NCBI GenBank assembly: GCA_013239625.1
Contig: MU053799.1
Span: 62,001 to 126,000, forward strand
DNA length: 64,000 nt
Source of the DNA: Lama guanicoe
Lineage: Eukaryota
Direction of reading: 5' to 3'
Positions 22,650 to 36,027 of the stretch are shown here, piece after piece (the stretch's first letter is position 1; each line of letters starts with the position of its first letter). The notes below the pieces were generated by a model. It was not told where the DNA came from. It was given only the letters and a program-made list of their open reading frames with translations, and ran no database searches. A program made the translations under genes and the position numbers.

Positions 22650-24350
22650 TTAGAGCGGCCACCCCATTTCCAGCGCAAACCGGCCGGCTGACGAGCTCCA
22701 GCGATAATGCAGACCGGGTTCGGTGGACTATTACGTCTACAGATCATGGCTGCGGCCCCCTCCACAGAGCACGTGGCCCGGGCCCGCCCAAGGCGAGCGC
22801 CCCACTCCGTCTGGCCTTCACAGCAGACCAACATTGTGATAACTCGTTTTCAGGTAGAAAATAGGCGGGGGCCCATGGGGGTCACCAGGGACTAGATCAA
22901 GGTCACCTTGCGGGGAAGCGGAGCAATCAGGGCTGAAACTCACGTTTTGTGCGGCCACGCCTCGCCACGCGGTCCCCTCTCAGACGCTGTGGAGAGAGAA
23001 CTGCTGAGTCAGCAGCTCCCCACCCGGAAACCATGCGGTCGGACCAATCCCGGTTTCTGTTTCCTCCTGGGGAAAGTCTCACGAGATCCTGGGATCGCGA
23101 GTGGGGTCACCCAGAGAGGCCGGAAGGGGTTGGTTTTAATAGGCTGGGCTGGCATGGGGAGAGGGGTGGGGGTGGGGCCCGTGGCCACGCCCATGGGACT
23201 GCGCGGGGTCGGGGATACGGAGTACAGCTAGGGTTGCAGAATGGGGATGGGATGGGGGTCCTGTAGAGAGACGAATGTAGGATGCGTGGGATGGGGATGG
23301 AGTGGGGGGATGGGTGAGGTGGGGTTAAGGGATGGAGATGGAATGAGGGTGGGGGTGGAGTTGGGTGGAGGGATGCTGTGGCGATGGAGGGTGGAATGGA
23401 GGATGGGAGTAAGGCATGGAGTGGGATGAGGGGCCTCTTAGGCCCAAAGGGTGAGGCGGAGTGGCCTAGAAACTCCCACCTCCAACTCCCTCCCCACTCC
23501 CCACCTCTGGGCCTGTGCTTCAGGCAAACACTTTCCCCTTGATGGGACTCGGGTGTCATTGAAAGTTCCGGCCCCCATGAGCGAGGGTTCTCGCCCCACC
23601 CTACCCCCCTCGTGTAGATGAGATGTCCCTCCCCTTGGCCAGTCCAATGCCCTCTACTCTACGGACTTTACCGCTTGCGTGCCTCCTGGTGGAGAGGAGA
23701 CCCCAGCTGGGGTTGGATTAGACTGTCCTCCCTCCAGACCTTGCTTTCCTCTGTTTGTGCCCCCCCCTTCCCCCACGAGTTGGTTTTCCAGCTTTTTCAG
23801 AAGCCACAAATTCCGCGTCTGGTCTACTCACCCCTGTCTGGTCTCCGCGGTCCCTCCGATGGCCTCAGCTTGCCCTGGTCCTGAGCTCAGGCTTCTGTAC
23901 TTTCCACCCAGGGACCCCTTCGGACAAAGTCACGACGGGGCCTGGAAACAACGGACAATGTGGGCGGGACCTTTCTGAGGAGCTTCCAAGGATGCTGAGC
24001 TAGGTGGGAGGCCCCCCCGCGCCCGGAACTAGCCTTCCCTGGAGCCAGCAGTGCCCCTCAACCCTCGGTATCGCGTGTCCCGGCCACCAGGGGGCACCAG
24101 GGACCTGAAACGCAGGACCTTGCAGAGCAGATTTTGGCGCCTCCACCCCCCCAGTCCCTCTGCTGGAGAAAGTCAGTCTTCTGGAGATAAGGTGAGAGCC
24201 AGATGGGCGGGGATCCTTTTCGTAGGGGGTTGAGAGCCGGCGGAGCACCCCCTCCTCCTCCGTCACTCTTACTGACCTGAGGGACCGCCTTTGAGTCGTC
24301 CTCACTCAAGCCAGGGAGGCACTTGCCCTCCTCGGACTGTGAGACGTTTC
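22650..24350 (-). promoter_or_regulatory. CpG-enriched PRAME 5'/promoter region
   Basis: Raised CpG density upstream of the PRAME exons, with several candidate minus-strand donors (~23670, ~23830). TSS not resolvable. Confidence 0.5.
22944..22986 (-). other. PRAME: Probable PRAME non-coding 5'UTR exon (43 bp)
   Basis: Acceptor TTCTCTCTCCACAG| and donor AAAAC|GTGAGT within a CpG-rich stretch. Confidence 0.5.
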
Positions 24351-24967
24351 TGAAAGTGGGGTCAGGCACTATGTCCTTGTCTTCCCAGTGACCCCAGATC
24401 TTTAATCACGGGCCACAAGAAGGCCACGGTGGCTGAGACTAACACGCAGGGCAGTCATGCTGGCAGGGTTTCGTGGATCTACCCTGCCCTTCCCCCAGAC
24501 ATCCCCATGCCTGTGAGCAAAGGAGTTTAAGGGGTCCAGTTACACATGTGAACAAATGAAGGAATGAATGAATGCATAGGTACATACACATGAGGGCCTT
24601 GTGTTGATCCCTCCGACCTGGGATTGCCACCTGAAACAGGGCTAATAGAATCCGACTGTTTTCAACGTGGAAGTGGAGACAGCCTCCCCCTCCTGCCTAT
24701 CCCCCAGACTCATTCAATAAACATTTGTCCTTGTGAGACTGCAGATCCCACGCTCAAGGACATGCATGCTCAGAAGTTTTAGGGTGGAAACAGAGAAAAA
24801 AAAAAAAAACCAAAGCAAACAGAACTCAAACAAGAAGACTATTGTTTTAAAGTGGCAAGTTGTGGCTAAGTCTCTGAAGAAAACAGGACAGAGGATGGAC
24901 TTGAAATGGAAAGGGTATGGGCTTGAAGATTGCTGGTCCCTATTAGCATGATCTGGCTGCTGGTTTT

Positions 24968-25130
24968 ATTTTCCCTTGTTTTCTTTTCTTTCTCTTTACT
25001 TTTTCTTTTCTTGGTGGAGGAGTGGGGATAATTTGGTTTACTTATTTATATCACGCAGGTACAGGGGATTTAACCCAGGACGTGGTGCATGCTAAGCACG
25101 GGCTCCACCACTAAGCTATACCCCAACCCC
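24968..25130 (-). mobile_element. tRNA-derived SINE (Vic-1-like)
   Basis: AACCCAGGACGTGGTGCATGCTAAGCACGGGCTCCACCACTAAGCTATACCCC with T-rich tail. Confidence 0.75.
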
Positions 25131-28100
25131 CAACAACTAGGCTTCTGATGTCTGTTTTATATCTGATTGTGTGGGCAAATTCTTCTAGAACAAATCAAAT
25201 AGGATGGCACTTCCTGTATCTTGAAGTGCCTGAAAATCCCCCAGTAACAGGAGATCTCAAAGGAGAAACCCTCTGTTTACTGCTCGCAGGAAGCACCTGA
25301 CACCTTCTAGTATTTTCCCTGGGACCTGTCCCGTGTAGACCCCAAGCCACTGGCCCCAAACCCAGCATAAACCTCCATCTGGTGGGTTTCTGACGTGGTT
25401 ATTCACTCACGGGCACTTTATTGCTGTTATCCATCCTCTGATGATTTGCTGACGATACGATTATGTTCCCCACTCCTCAGGATGGCTCCTTTCCAGCCTT
25501 TATTGACTAAGAGAAGTGAACATTCTCATTTGTTGAAGGGCTGATGGAGAGGATGCTGTGATTCATGGCCTGCATCCCATGAAAAGCATGTCGCCCCTGC
25601 CATTAGATGTGCAGACAGCCCTGCCCTGCCAGCACCCTCCACAGGCTGAGGGCCCAGGAGGGATCTGCCCCCATCAGATCACGCCCCTTCCCGGGGCAGC
25701 CTGAGTGCCGAGATTGGTGGACGCAACAATATACAGGCCAGGATGTGTCACTGCCACGTGGAAGCACTCTGCAGGGCTGTCCCAGCTACTCGGCCCCCAC
25801 CCTCCAGAAGCTGCCCGCGGGGCCGGCTGAGATTGTCTCATTGCTGTTCTGAGTTCTGAGACTTCCACTGTCCAGTTCTCCTTCCTGTCCTTTCTCCCGG
25901 CTCAGGAGTCGGATCTACACTGTGGTCTGCAGGTTGTCCCTCCTGACCCCTACGCGTTCTCCCTTTATCCTCCCCAGGCCTGGGAAGGATTCTTCAATCT
26001 CCTGCATGCCCCTCTCACCTGGTGAACCCCCTTGGAGAGCAAGAATGTCACACCACGGAGTCTCATTCCCTGACCTGCTCCCTCCCATCCCCTGCACTGG
26101 AGGTGATGCCAACAGTGCCTCCTGACCATCTAAGCATCAGTTTCCAGGGAAGCCTGGCCTGTGACATGTGGTAACAAGAATGTGGCCTGGAGACTCTTTG
26201 GGCAAACACTGGGGTTCAGCTTCCTCACCTAAGCTCTCTCCCTGATTCACTTAACAAACAGCATTATTGAGTGGGCTGTTGGGGTACATTTCTTTGTCTT
26301 CAGAAAGATTCAGATATGTGAAATATGAAGATAAGAGAATTTTAAGCAGAGGGGAAGCCTGCACAAAGGCACTGAGGCCAAGGGAATATGGCCATTTGAA
26401 GGAAAAGAAATCCACTGGGGCTGGGGACTCATCACCTGGGGTCAGAGGAGCAGGAGATGAGTGGGGGAGGTGGGCAGCAGACAGATCATGTGATGACCAG
26501 AAGCCAAGTAAAGAGATTGGATACTCTTAAATGAAAAGAGAATTTATTTGAGGATATTTTTTCATAATTTTTACATGAAATGATTCATGTTTTAAAGACA
26601 TGAAGGTGATTTTTTGTGAAAGAACTTTATGGGGGAAAAAAAGAAAGCTGGCAGAGCCCTTGGGTCCCATGGTTCTTGTCCGGGCACATGATGGGGCTTG
26701 GACCAAGCAGAGTGGATAGTGACTGGGGACTTCAGGATACAGTTTTGAGACTGTCTGTCTGATTGGAAGTGGGGCATGAAGGAAGGGAAAGAGATGGTGA
26801 TGACTCCTGGAGGTTTGACTTTTCCTGTGCATTTGTGTTGGATATTTTATCTTTTTTTAAAAAATAGTTGTGTTTGTGCAGAGAAACATCAGCTTTAATT
26901 CGACCTCAGAGAAGCAGTAGAGAATTGTTTTCTTGTGTATTTTAGATTTATTTGCTTTGTTTTTATGGCTATTAACAGTAGTTTGTGCTAGTGGTCCTTT
27001 TCTCAACCCGTTGGTGGCATTTGTGGTTCCTGATTTCTGTTTCATGTCCTAATGTGTGGGCACATGTATCTAGAAGAGTTTTACATAAGGAAGTGGACTC
27101 CTGAGGTGGGAGCCCTGGGTTTGCTCCCACTGCTACCTGAACGTGGGACAGGGAGCAGGGTGGCTCCTTGTGAATATTAGAGGTTTGCTTCTTAGAAGAA
27201 GTTCCTGCACACGTGGAAGTTTCCTGGGGCTCCTCCATGGCTTTCCCAAGAGAGGACAGTGCTGGTCCATGTCCCCTCTCTGATGAATTTCTGAGCTTTT
27301 ACTGCTTAATTGTTTTCTCAAATAACAGACGTGATTATCTAAACCAATGTCTAAAATAAGAAGCATAAAAATATTTGAAACAGACTCAAGCAATAGTGAT
27401 GAATTAAAATGATCACTTCCCCGAAACATCTTCCTTTCTACTTAGTCCCAGATGCCATCATTGACCACGGAGTCCCTTCTCCTGTGCTCCCAAAATTCAG
27501 TTGGTATAAAGAGCTGCCTCACAGGCATAACCTGGTTCCAGAGCTCGGTGGGACGGGCTAGGTGGTCCTGGGGTGAGCGTCTGGGCCACCTGGTGTGGCA
27601 GTTGACACACCCCATCCCAGAGGGAGTTCATGGAGAAAGAGAAATGAGCTTAGAGGGAAATCGAAGGGTTTAAGGGGCCCGGTACTGAGCTGGAGGGCGA
27701 AGGGAGAGGAGGGGAGGGTGACACCAGAGGGATTTGCAGCCTCAACTTTGCTGCCTCCTAGGTGCTCGGTTGGCACCATGTGAGGCCACCAGGGGGCAGC
27801 AATGGCATGGACTTAGGGACAGTACTTGCTGCTTGTACTGTCCTGTATGAAGTTTCAAGAGCTGCTTCCCACAGAACCCCTCTTATGCCCCACAGCGTTT
27901 GTGCCCCAACAATTCATCTTCAAAAGTGCTAATAAATGGCCTGGGACTCATGTTCGGGCTGCAGTGGGAAAACGCCACAGAGACAGAGGATGGAGGGTCA
28001 TGAGAAGTCTCCTAACAGTGACTAGAAGGAATGAATGTGATCCTGGTCCCCAGCTCTGCCTTTGATTCCTGGGAAGTAGGGCAATGGGATCTTGCAGCCA

Positions 28101-28477
28101 CCTGGGACACTGTCCTCTCTTTCCCCAATAGCACTGAGGGGACGTCCTGGGATTCCTCACCCAGGAACCACGATGACCCCCACCAGGAACGATGTGAAAT
28201 CCTTGGGCTGGAACAATTTCACACACCCTGTCATGGACTCAGTCTGTCCTGACTCCAAGTGTGATGAAAGAGTTAATTCACTAGTAAGGTCTGCTGTCCA
28301 GGGATAGAGAAGTGTCTAGAATCAACTCCAGGTCAGGGGGTGAGGGAAGCAGGGGCAGGAGCAGATTTGCATGGAGGCCCCGCCCTCCTCTGCAGCAGGG
28401 GGAGGGGATAAGAGAGGTCTGGGGGACCAGGCCCAGGGTTGGGGGCTCAGAAGGCAGCACTCTGGGGCATCTCGACC

Positions 28478-28946
28478 AAGGCCTGGGCTGTGCTACTTGT
28501 CACCCTCCTCACTCAGGGCACAGGTGAGGCTCCAGGGAAGGGACATGGGGACATCTGGCTGATCCTTTGTGTCTACATTCTCAGGGTGACCTGGGGCCCA
28601 GCCCTGAACTGACCCTAGTGTGTTTTTGCTCTTTTCAGGGTCCTGGGCCCAGTCTGCCCTGACTCAGCCTCCCTTGGTGTCTGGGACTCCGTGACAGACA
28701 GTCACCATCTCCTGTGCTGGAACCAGCAGTGATGCTGGGTCTGGAAACTATGTCTCCTGGTACCAACAGGTCCCAAGAACGGCCCCCAAACTCCTGATAT
28801 ATGAGGTCAATAAACGAGCCTCAGGGATCCCTGACCGCTTCTCTGGCTCCAAGTCTGGCAACGTGGCCTCCCTGAGCATCTCTGGGCTCCAGTCTGAGGA
28901 CAAGGCTGATTGCTCCTGTGCCTCATATACAACTAGTAGCACTGTG
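28478..28946 (+). pseudogene. IGLV2-like pseudogene (V-1)
   Basis: Octamer ATTTGCAT 28365-28372. Leader 28478-28523 with ATG changed to AAG. V exon from 28639 (QSALTQP...) with in-frame TGA at 28692-28694. YYC changed to CSC. Confidence 0.93.
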
Positions 28947-28985
28947 CACAGTGGTCCACGTTCATGGGGAAGTGAGACTGCAACC
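28947..28985 (+). other. 23-RSS of V-1 (degenerate nonamer)
   Basis: CACAGTG + 23 nt + ACTGCAACC. Confidence 0.85.
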
Positions 28986-30109
28986 TGCCCTGAGCTCCCT
29001 CAGCTCTTCTCTCCTGAACTCAGGATCTCATTTGTTTTTGCTTATTATTTTATTTTGGAAAAATTCCAAACTGAAATGAACCTTTAAGGGTAATACAAAG
29101 AACTCCTTCTTAAACTTTTTACCTACTTGGCCAGCTGTGAACATTTTGTCACATTTACATTATCTCCTTATCTCTCATTTTCTCTCTTCCTCTATATGAG
29201 CATATGTACCTTTATGTTTATATGCAGATGTATACACAACCAGACAGACACAACACACTCCCGCTGCCCTGTGTGAAGTCTCAAAAGCTGCTGCACCGTG
29301 AGCCCCTCCTAAGGGTGATAACTAGTGATGGAGTTTCTCAGATTTATTCTGCCCTTACAAGTCCTTTTCTTGAGAGACCCTCAGCAGCCCCAGGCTTTAG
29401 CCTCAAATCTAACCTGTCAGCCTTTGTGGAAGATGGGAACAGAGGGATGTGTGAGGATCTCTGTTAAGAGGAAGATTAAAAAGGGGTTGGGAGGGAGGGA
29501 GAAGTGCCAGGCCCTGCTTTGGTGCCTAAGAAGTGGCAATTAGAACTCTGTCCTCACCCTTGTTCCACATGGCAAAGTGGGGTATCCCACACATCCAAAT
29601 GGTAACTCCTATAGCAGGAGTATATAGGGACATCCCAAGGGTGGCTCTTATCCCAGGGGACCACCTTAGGGTCAGTGGTAAGGTCTATTCACTCCTCTAA
29701 ATGATAGGGTCAAAACAGAGCCCAGGGAATAAGGGCAGAGAGACTGAGTTCGGCTTTAACTGAGGAGTAGGGGAGGAAGTGGCACTGTTTCCAATTGCTA
29801 CATGTTGTCCTGTCATCAGACTGGATTGGAGAATAAAGCAAGTGGTCACTTGACTCATGGTCCAGAGACGCCTGGGCAGGTGCATGGGCTCAGCTCCTCC
29901 TCCTCACCCAGGGTCATCACCAGCTAATTCCCATTGACTGAGGGTGGACCAGGGCAGGACGCTAACCAGAAGCACAGAGGTTCTGCACAGAGAGAAATGT
30001 TTTTTGAAATTGTAAATTGTCACGAATACTCTGAAAATGAGAAACAAGGGCTGAGTTGGTATTTAAAAGGCGGAGCAGAGAAAGAGGTTTTGGACCCCTT
30101 TTCTGGTCC

Positions 30110-30390
30110 CCAAACACATAGGAAACAATCTTATGGTTCCCAAGGAAAAGGGGTGGGAAGGGATAAATTTGGGAGTTTAGGATTAAATGTTAGCCACTAT
30201 ATAGAAACATAGATTTTTTTTTAAAGTTTCTTCTATATAGCACAGGGAACTATGTGCAATATCTTGTAATAACCTTTAATGAAAAAGAATATGAAAATGA
30301 ATGTGTGTATGTCTATGCATGCCTGGACAGTGTGCTGTACACCAGAAAGTGACACATTGTAACTGACTGTACTTCAATTAAAAAAAAAAA
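30110..30390 (+). mobile_element. LINE-1 3' end
   Basis: GGGAAGGGATAAATTTGGGAGTT...TATAGCACAGGGAACTAT...ACATTGTAACTGACTGTACTTCAATT followed by A11. Confidence 0.8.
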
Positions 30391-31310
30391 GCCTATGGTT
30401 ACTCTTCCAATAGAACCAAAGTAATAAAATATCAATTCTATCTGAACTAAAAATTAATAGAGTTGCTGGTGGATAAGATAAAGTGATGGGAGCTGGAGGG
30501 GATTGGAGGGATCTGGGCCTGAGCTGGGAGGGGAAGCAGTGGGGCAGCAGAAGGGCCCAGCTGGGGTGTCAGCCCTCTTCTGCAGCCTCCCTGATCTCCA
30601 CTGGCCCCATTGAGGCCACAAGAGGGCAGTGAGGGCCTGGCTTTGGGGAAGGTTCTCCTGTGGTTTCCCTTCCCTGGGTCAGGTCCCACAGCGGCTGCCT
30701 CCTGAGCCCCCTCAGGGAGGGTTTGGGGTACATGGTACCCATCGATTCTGCCCTTCACTAGAAACACCAGTAAGTGTCCCCAGGGCCTCCTCCTCAGAGC
30801 ACCACAGAGACAAGGGACACAGAGACAAGGGGACCATCCTGCTGAGGAGGTCAGATGGGGTGAGGGGTGGACACACACAGCTTTCTTTTGGGGCCAGGAA
30901 AAGAATTTGATGTATAATTAACCACAGCCTTTTGGGACGCTGTCCTCACCTTCAACTCACAAAAAACAAGGTGTATTTTGGGGGATTATTAGCGAACGAC
31001 ATCTTGACTCCTGTATATGTCCTCAGGGACATCCAAGGCTGGCTCTTTCTTCAGGGCACTGTAATGGACAGTGTGTCCTGACTGAGAAAACATATACAAG
31101 AATTTTAATCCTCTCAAGTTAGCTTCTATAATAGGGATAGAGAAGTGTCTAGAATCAAGTCCAGGTCAGGGGGTGGGGGAAGCAGGGGTAGGAACAGATT
31201 TGCTTGGAAGCCACACCCTCCTCTGCAGCAGGGGAAGGGGATAAGAGAGGTCTGGGGGACAAGGACCAGGGTTGGGGGCTCAGAAGGCAGCGCTCTGGGG
31301 CATCTCCACC

Positions 31311-31779
31311 ATGGCCTGGGCTCTGCTCCTTGTCACCCTCCTCACTCAGGGCACAGGTGAGGCTCCAGGGAAGGGACATGGGGACATCTGGCTGATCCTC
31401 TGTGTCTACATCTTCAGGGTGACCTGGGGCCCAGTCCTGAACTGACCCTAGTGTGTTTTTGCTCTTTTCAGGGTCCTGGGCCCAGTCTGCCCTGACTCAG
31501 CCTCCTTCCGTGTCCGGGACTCCATGACAGACAGTCACCATCTCCTGTGCTGGAACCAGCAGTGATGCTGGGTCTGGAAACTATGTCTCCTGGTACCAAC
31601 AGCTCCCAGGAACGGCTCCCAAACTACTGATCTATGATGTCAGTAGTCGGTCCTCAGGGATCGCTGATCGCTTCTCTGGCTCCAAGTCTGGCAACACGGC
31701 CTCCCTGACTACCTCTGGGCTCCAGTCTGAGGACGAAGCTGATTATTACTGTGCCTCATATAGAAGCAGCAACAATGTG
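31311..31779 (+). pseudogene. IGLV2-like pseudogene (V-2)
   Basis: Octamer mutated to ATTTGCTT (31198-31205). Leader 31311-31356 (MAWALLLVTLLTQGT). V exon from 31472 with in-frame TGA at 31525-31527; remainder open with WYQQ and DYYC. Confidence 0.93.
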
Positions 31780-31818
31780 CACAGTGGTCCACGTTCATGG
31801 GGAAGTGAGACCACAACC
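31780..31818 (+). other. 23-RSS of V-2
   Basis: CACAGTG + 23 nt + ACCACAACC. Confidence 0.85.
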
Positions 31819-32044
31819 TGCCCTGAGCTCACAGGCTGTCTCCTTGCTCAAAAGATGCTTCCATGCCCTGAGCAGCAGGCTTGTGCAGCTTCGCCATGAA
31901 TTGTCTGGGCACCTCTCTCCTCCCACGGTGAAGGCGACAGGAAACATACACCTTGCATTATTCCCTTCGCAAGGTAATTGCTTCCTCTTCCCAGGAGACA
32001 TGGGTCCCAAATGGGCCACTCTTTCCAGGTCTTCATCAGCAGTG

Positions 32045-33650
32045 TGATGGTTAGTGGTCTCTGTCTACCTGCCTGGGGTAAGAGGTGCTTGTGCTGCTGC
32101 AAAAACACCATTTCTTGATGTGTCTGTGAGGCTGTGTCCAGAGAAGATTAGCACTGGAATCCATTTCTTAGTCAAGAAGATCACTGGTGCCAATGGCGGT
32201 GGGCAGGGTCCATGAGTGGAGGGTCTGAATAGAACAAAAAGGTGGGGAAAGGGGTGTGTGCTCCCTCCACGTCATCAGAGACGTCGTCTTCTCCTGACCT
32301 GGGTCACTGGCACTGTTGGGTCTTTAGCTGTTGAACTCAGACCAGGACTTACATCACTGGCCCCCAAGTCATAGGCCTCTGGACTCAAACTGAATTAAAT
32401 CACTGGCTTTCTGGGTTCTCCAGCCCTCTCCGGGGGGCCCCCTCCCCTCCCAAGTGCAGGGTTATGGTCACGGCCAGCAGAGTCACAGCGGCCATGAGAA
32501 CAGTCTGACGGGCACAGATCAATGTCACTGGCTTGGTGATCAAGGTGTTCCTAGGGGTGAAATAGGCAGGAAGCCGGCTAAATACTTACTTGAGCTTGTA
32601 GGATAAGAAGGTCTAAGTCCAGTGAGCAAAAGTTTAACTCAACTCACAAAAAGAGAGTCACAGCCCCTCAGTCAGTGGATTCCGAGCCTGGAGCCAGTTT
32701 ACAGACCCAGACTCCCATGAAGGAAAGGGAGGCTCCGTCCCCTTGAGGAGGAACTCCAGTGCATCACTGAAGATTCATACTGTTGGTCTTCCTCCCGGGC
32801 TTCCCCAAGGCACCAATAGCCTTTATCGGGGTAACTGTGCTTTGGGGAAAAGGAAATAATCAGACTTTTCAGGGACTCCTGGACCCCGGCTGTGAACTGA
32901 CATTGGTTCTGGGATCCTCAAACCTCACCGTGGCCCTCCAGTGAGAGTCGGGGTTTCTAGAGATCAGCTGAACTGTGAATGTTGTTTTATCTCAGGTCTG
33001 TGCCAAAGTAGCTCGGGTGGGTCCCTGAATCCATCCTGTGGTCATTTCTCCAGTTTTAGAATATAGTTACCATGTGGCTTGAACTGCCCACCATGAACTG
33101 GGTGCCATCTGACCCACTGAACTATATGGCCAGGTTCCCCTGGCAAAGACTGCAGCACAGGTGGGCAGCCGCGCCACTGCGGCCCCGCTCGGGGCGTCCT
33201 CCAGGGACACGGTAAGAGGACACCCTCCGTGGGCATCACTTCCGGCAGCGCACCTGGTTGCGCCTTTTGGCAGGAGAAATGGCCAAGCGTGCGATTATAC
33301 ACTGATTCACGGGTTTGGCTGGATGGTCAGGGACTTGGAAGAAACATGATAGGAAAGTTGGTCAAAAAATTAAATTGGGGAAAGATACACTCCAGGTGAG
33401 CAAAAAAATATTAAAAAGAAGTGAACATATTTGTGTCCAGTGTGAACAGTCACCAACGGGTGACCTGAGTGGAGGAGGTCTTTTGTAATAAAGGGCCAGG
33501 ATGACTCATTGTGCAGGTCCCAGGCAGCATCTTTCCCAGCCTCCTCTGTCTTCATCCCATGGCCTCATGAACAGGTGTCAATGGTGACCAGGCCAGAAAT
33601 TATGCAAGGACTCAGCAACGTGGGCCACCACAAACCAAGACTGACCCGAC
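32045..33650 (+). mobile_element. Degenerate ERV-L: MLT2-like LTR plus deleted internal protease/RNase H remnants
   Basis: Starts TGTGATGGTTAG. Internal GGGGAAAAGGAAATAATCAGACTTTTCAGGGACT and TTGGCTGGATGGTCAGGGACTTGGAAG resemble ERV-L pol. No intact ORF. Confidence 0.7.
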
Positions 33651-36027
33651 AGTCCAAACAGATCTGCTCATAGCCCAGAATCTTAGGGAAAGAAAGTTTG
33701 AGTCACCGCCCCAACCCCAAGATCAAGAATCATGACCATCTGAGACGCTTGCGGAAGGCAAAGGAAACGCAGCCCGAGCAGCAGAAGGAGGGGGCTGTGG
33801 ATCCCAGCTGTGCCTGCGGGACCAGCCACGGACGTGAGGGCTACAGGCGTCAGGAGTGTCTCCTCTTTACTTCATCATGAGTGTGTGTGTGTGTGTGTGT
33901 GTGTCTATGTGTTTGTGTCTGTGTGTGTGTGTATACACATAGTATGCAAACAGCTTTGTTTTCCTTCCTCTCTCATCTCCTTCTCATGTGACTGGAAGTC
34001 ACCAGCACTTTTCAGGGAGTCCCTGGGCTCCATTCAGGGTTCAAATCCCCTGAGGCAAATAATGTCCAGAGATTTATTGGTGCCTCAGCTGCCCAAATCT
34101 CTGCAGCTGGCTGATCCATCTTACAATGTGAGGGCCACCAGCTAATCACATCAAAACGTCTAAAATACCCATCCCAGCCCCGTGGAGGAGGGTCACACCC
34201 CCTACTCCGTCTTCCCTCGGTCACTCCCCCGAGGATTGGGGAAAGACTTACTAAATAGACATCCAGCCCAGAGCAATGAATCCCAGGTCCAAATAAATAA
34301 CCAGACTTTGGGGTGAATCCAAAAGGGCGTCTCCAAATGACCACACGCTTTCCCTTTATGTCAGAATGTGCCAGAAGACATGGACAGTATTTGATAGCGA
34401 GCTACTGGCTGGACTCGAGGACTTCTAAGCTCAGGTAGAGCGTAAACTTGAGAAATTTCACTTAGAGGTTTTCAAGAAAGGACCCAGGGAGTCGGAGGCC
34501 CAAACCTGAGTCCTTCAGGCCTGAAGTCTCTTAGGAGAAAGGAGATGTGCGAGAAGCAGGGGGCGCTGGGGGACCATGTCTGTGTTTGTGGGGAACTGGC
34601 CCAGCTGTGAATCTTCTCAACTGACACCATTTGCACTTCCCATCAGTGTCACCGTGCAGCCCTCAGCAGCTGTGATGACACTCACACCCAAGGAGGGTGG
34701 GTGACAGAAGAAGGGACACAGAAATAAAGCCCTCAGCATGCCATGCTTCCATGCACCCTTCATCTGGCAGGTGCTCCCCCCGCTGGGACTCAGCCCTGGG
34801 GGCAAGCAGAAAGCTGGGTGGGGGATTTGTCTGAGGGCCGCCCTTCACAGAAGTGATGGAGAAGAGGAGAGGTAAGGCTGGAGGAGACCCACTGATGCCA
34901 CCACGCAGTGGGGACGATTCCCATGGGGAAAGCAGGACAGAGAATGAAAGCTCCACAGGTCAGCCTGCGATGAGCCGGTACACTGACAGCAGGTCGCCTG
35001 CGGTTGGGAGCTGTGTGTAAGAAACTGGCAAACAACCGCTTCTCTATCGGAAGTGATGACCTTAACCCCGTCACCAGTATCGCGCTTTACCAGGTGTGGG
35101 TGCTGTAAATCACAGTCGCCATCAAGAGCACCTGTTCTGTTTCCACGTACCTCCCCAACCGCACAGTAGACACCCAGTTATACCAAAGGCTTTGCCTTTA
35201 TCTAAAACGAGGTCCTGGGAGGAACTGGGTTGGTATCTGGACAGTCACCGACTGATCATTCGTTGGCTGAATATGTCCCTCCTTCATGGAAAGAAAGAAC
35301 ATCCTGACAGCCTCACAAGGCCTGGCTTTGCTTAACAAACTGGTGTCCAAACTCCTAGAGGTGCAATGAAAGAGGAACTGGGTGATCTGCAAAGAGAGTG
35401 ACCTTCCCAGAGGAAGACCATGTCCCAGGAAAATATTTAAATTAGCATGTGACAACCTGCATAAGGGACACGAGACCTGCTGCTACACACAGAAGTCTAG
35501 AGACTGCACAGAAGATATAAACACGTCCTGTGTGGACTGTTTGGAAAAGAAGAGGCGGAACATTCCTGCAGGCACAGCCCTGCCTGGCATGAGAGCTGAT
35601 GTCTGATTTGGAGGATGGAGACCATACAGGGAAGAAGTCATGTTCAGGAAGTATTGGTAATTATAATTAGAATATGAAATGTCCAGGAAACTTGTCACAC
35701 TAAGGACCTTGCACCATCAACAGATGATCATCTATGCACCAGATCCACGAGTGATTCCAGGAATCCTCCAGAGTAAAGGTTGGAGGCCAGGGCTGATTCC
35801 CTGCCCTGGAGCTGCTTGGAGGAAATGGGGGATCTAGTCTGTCCTCCTGAGTCACATGTCCTGAGGCCACAACTGCTTTGGATCAAATTTCAGCCCCAGA
35901 GGAGAAGGGCATTTGCATAAACACTAACCATTCGCAGCCCCAAAGGTTCTAGGAGGGAATAAGAGGGACCTTGAGGAGCCCTGCCCTGCTGTCAGGTCTC
36001 AGAGGCAGAGCTCAAGGCACCTCTACC

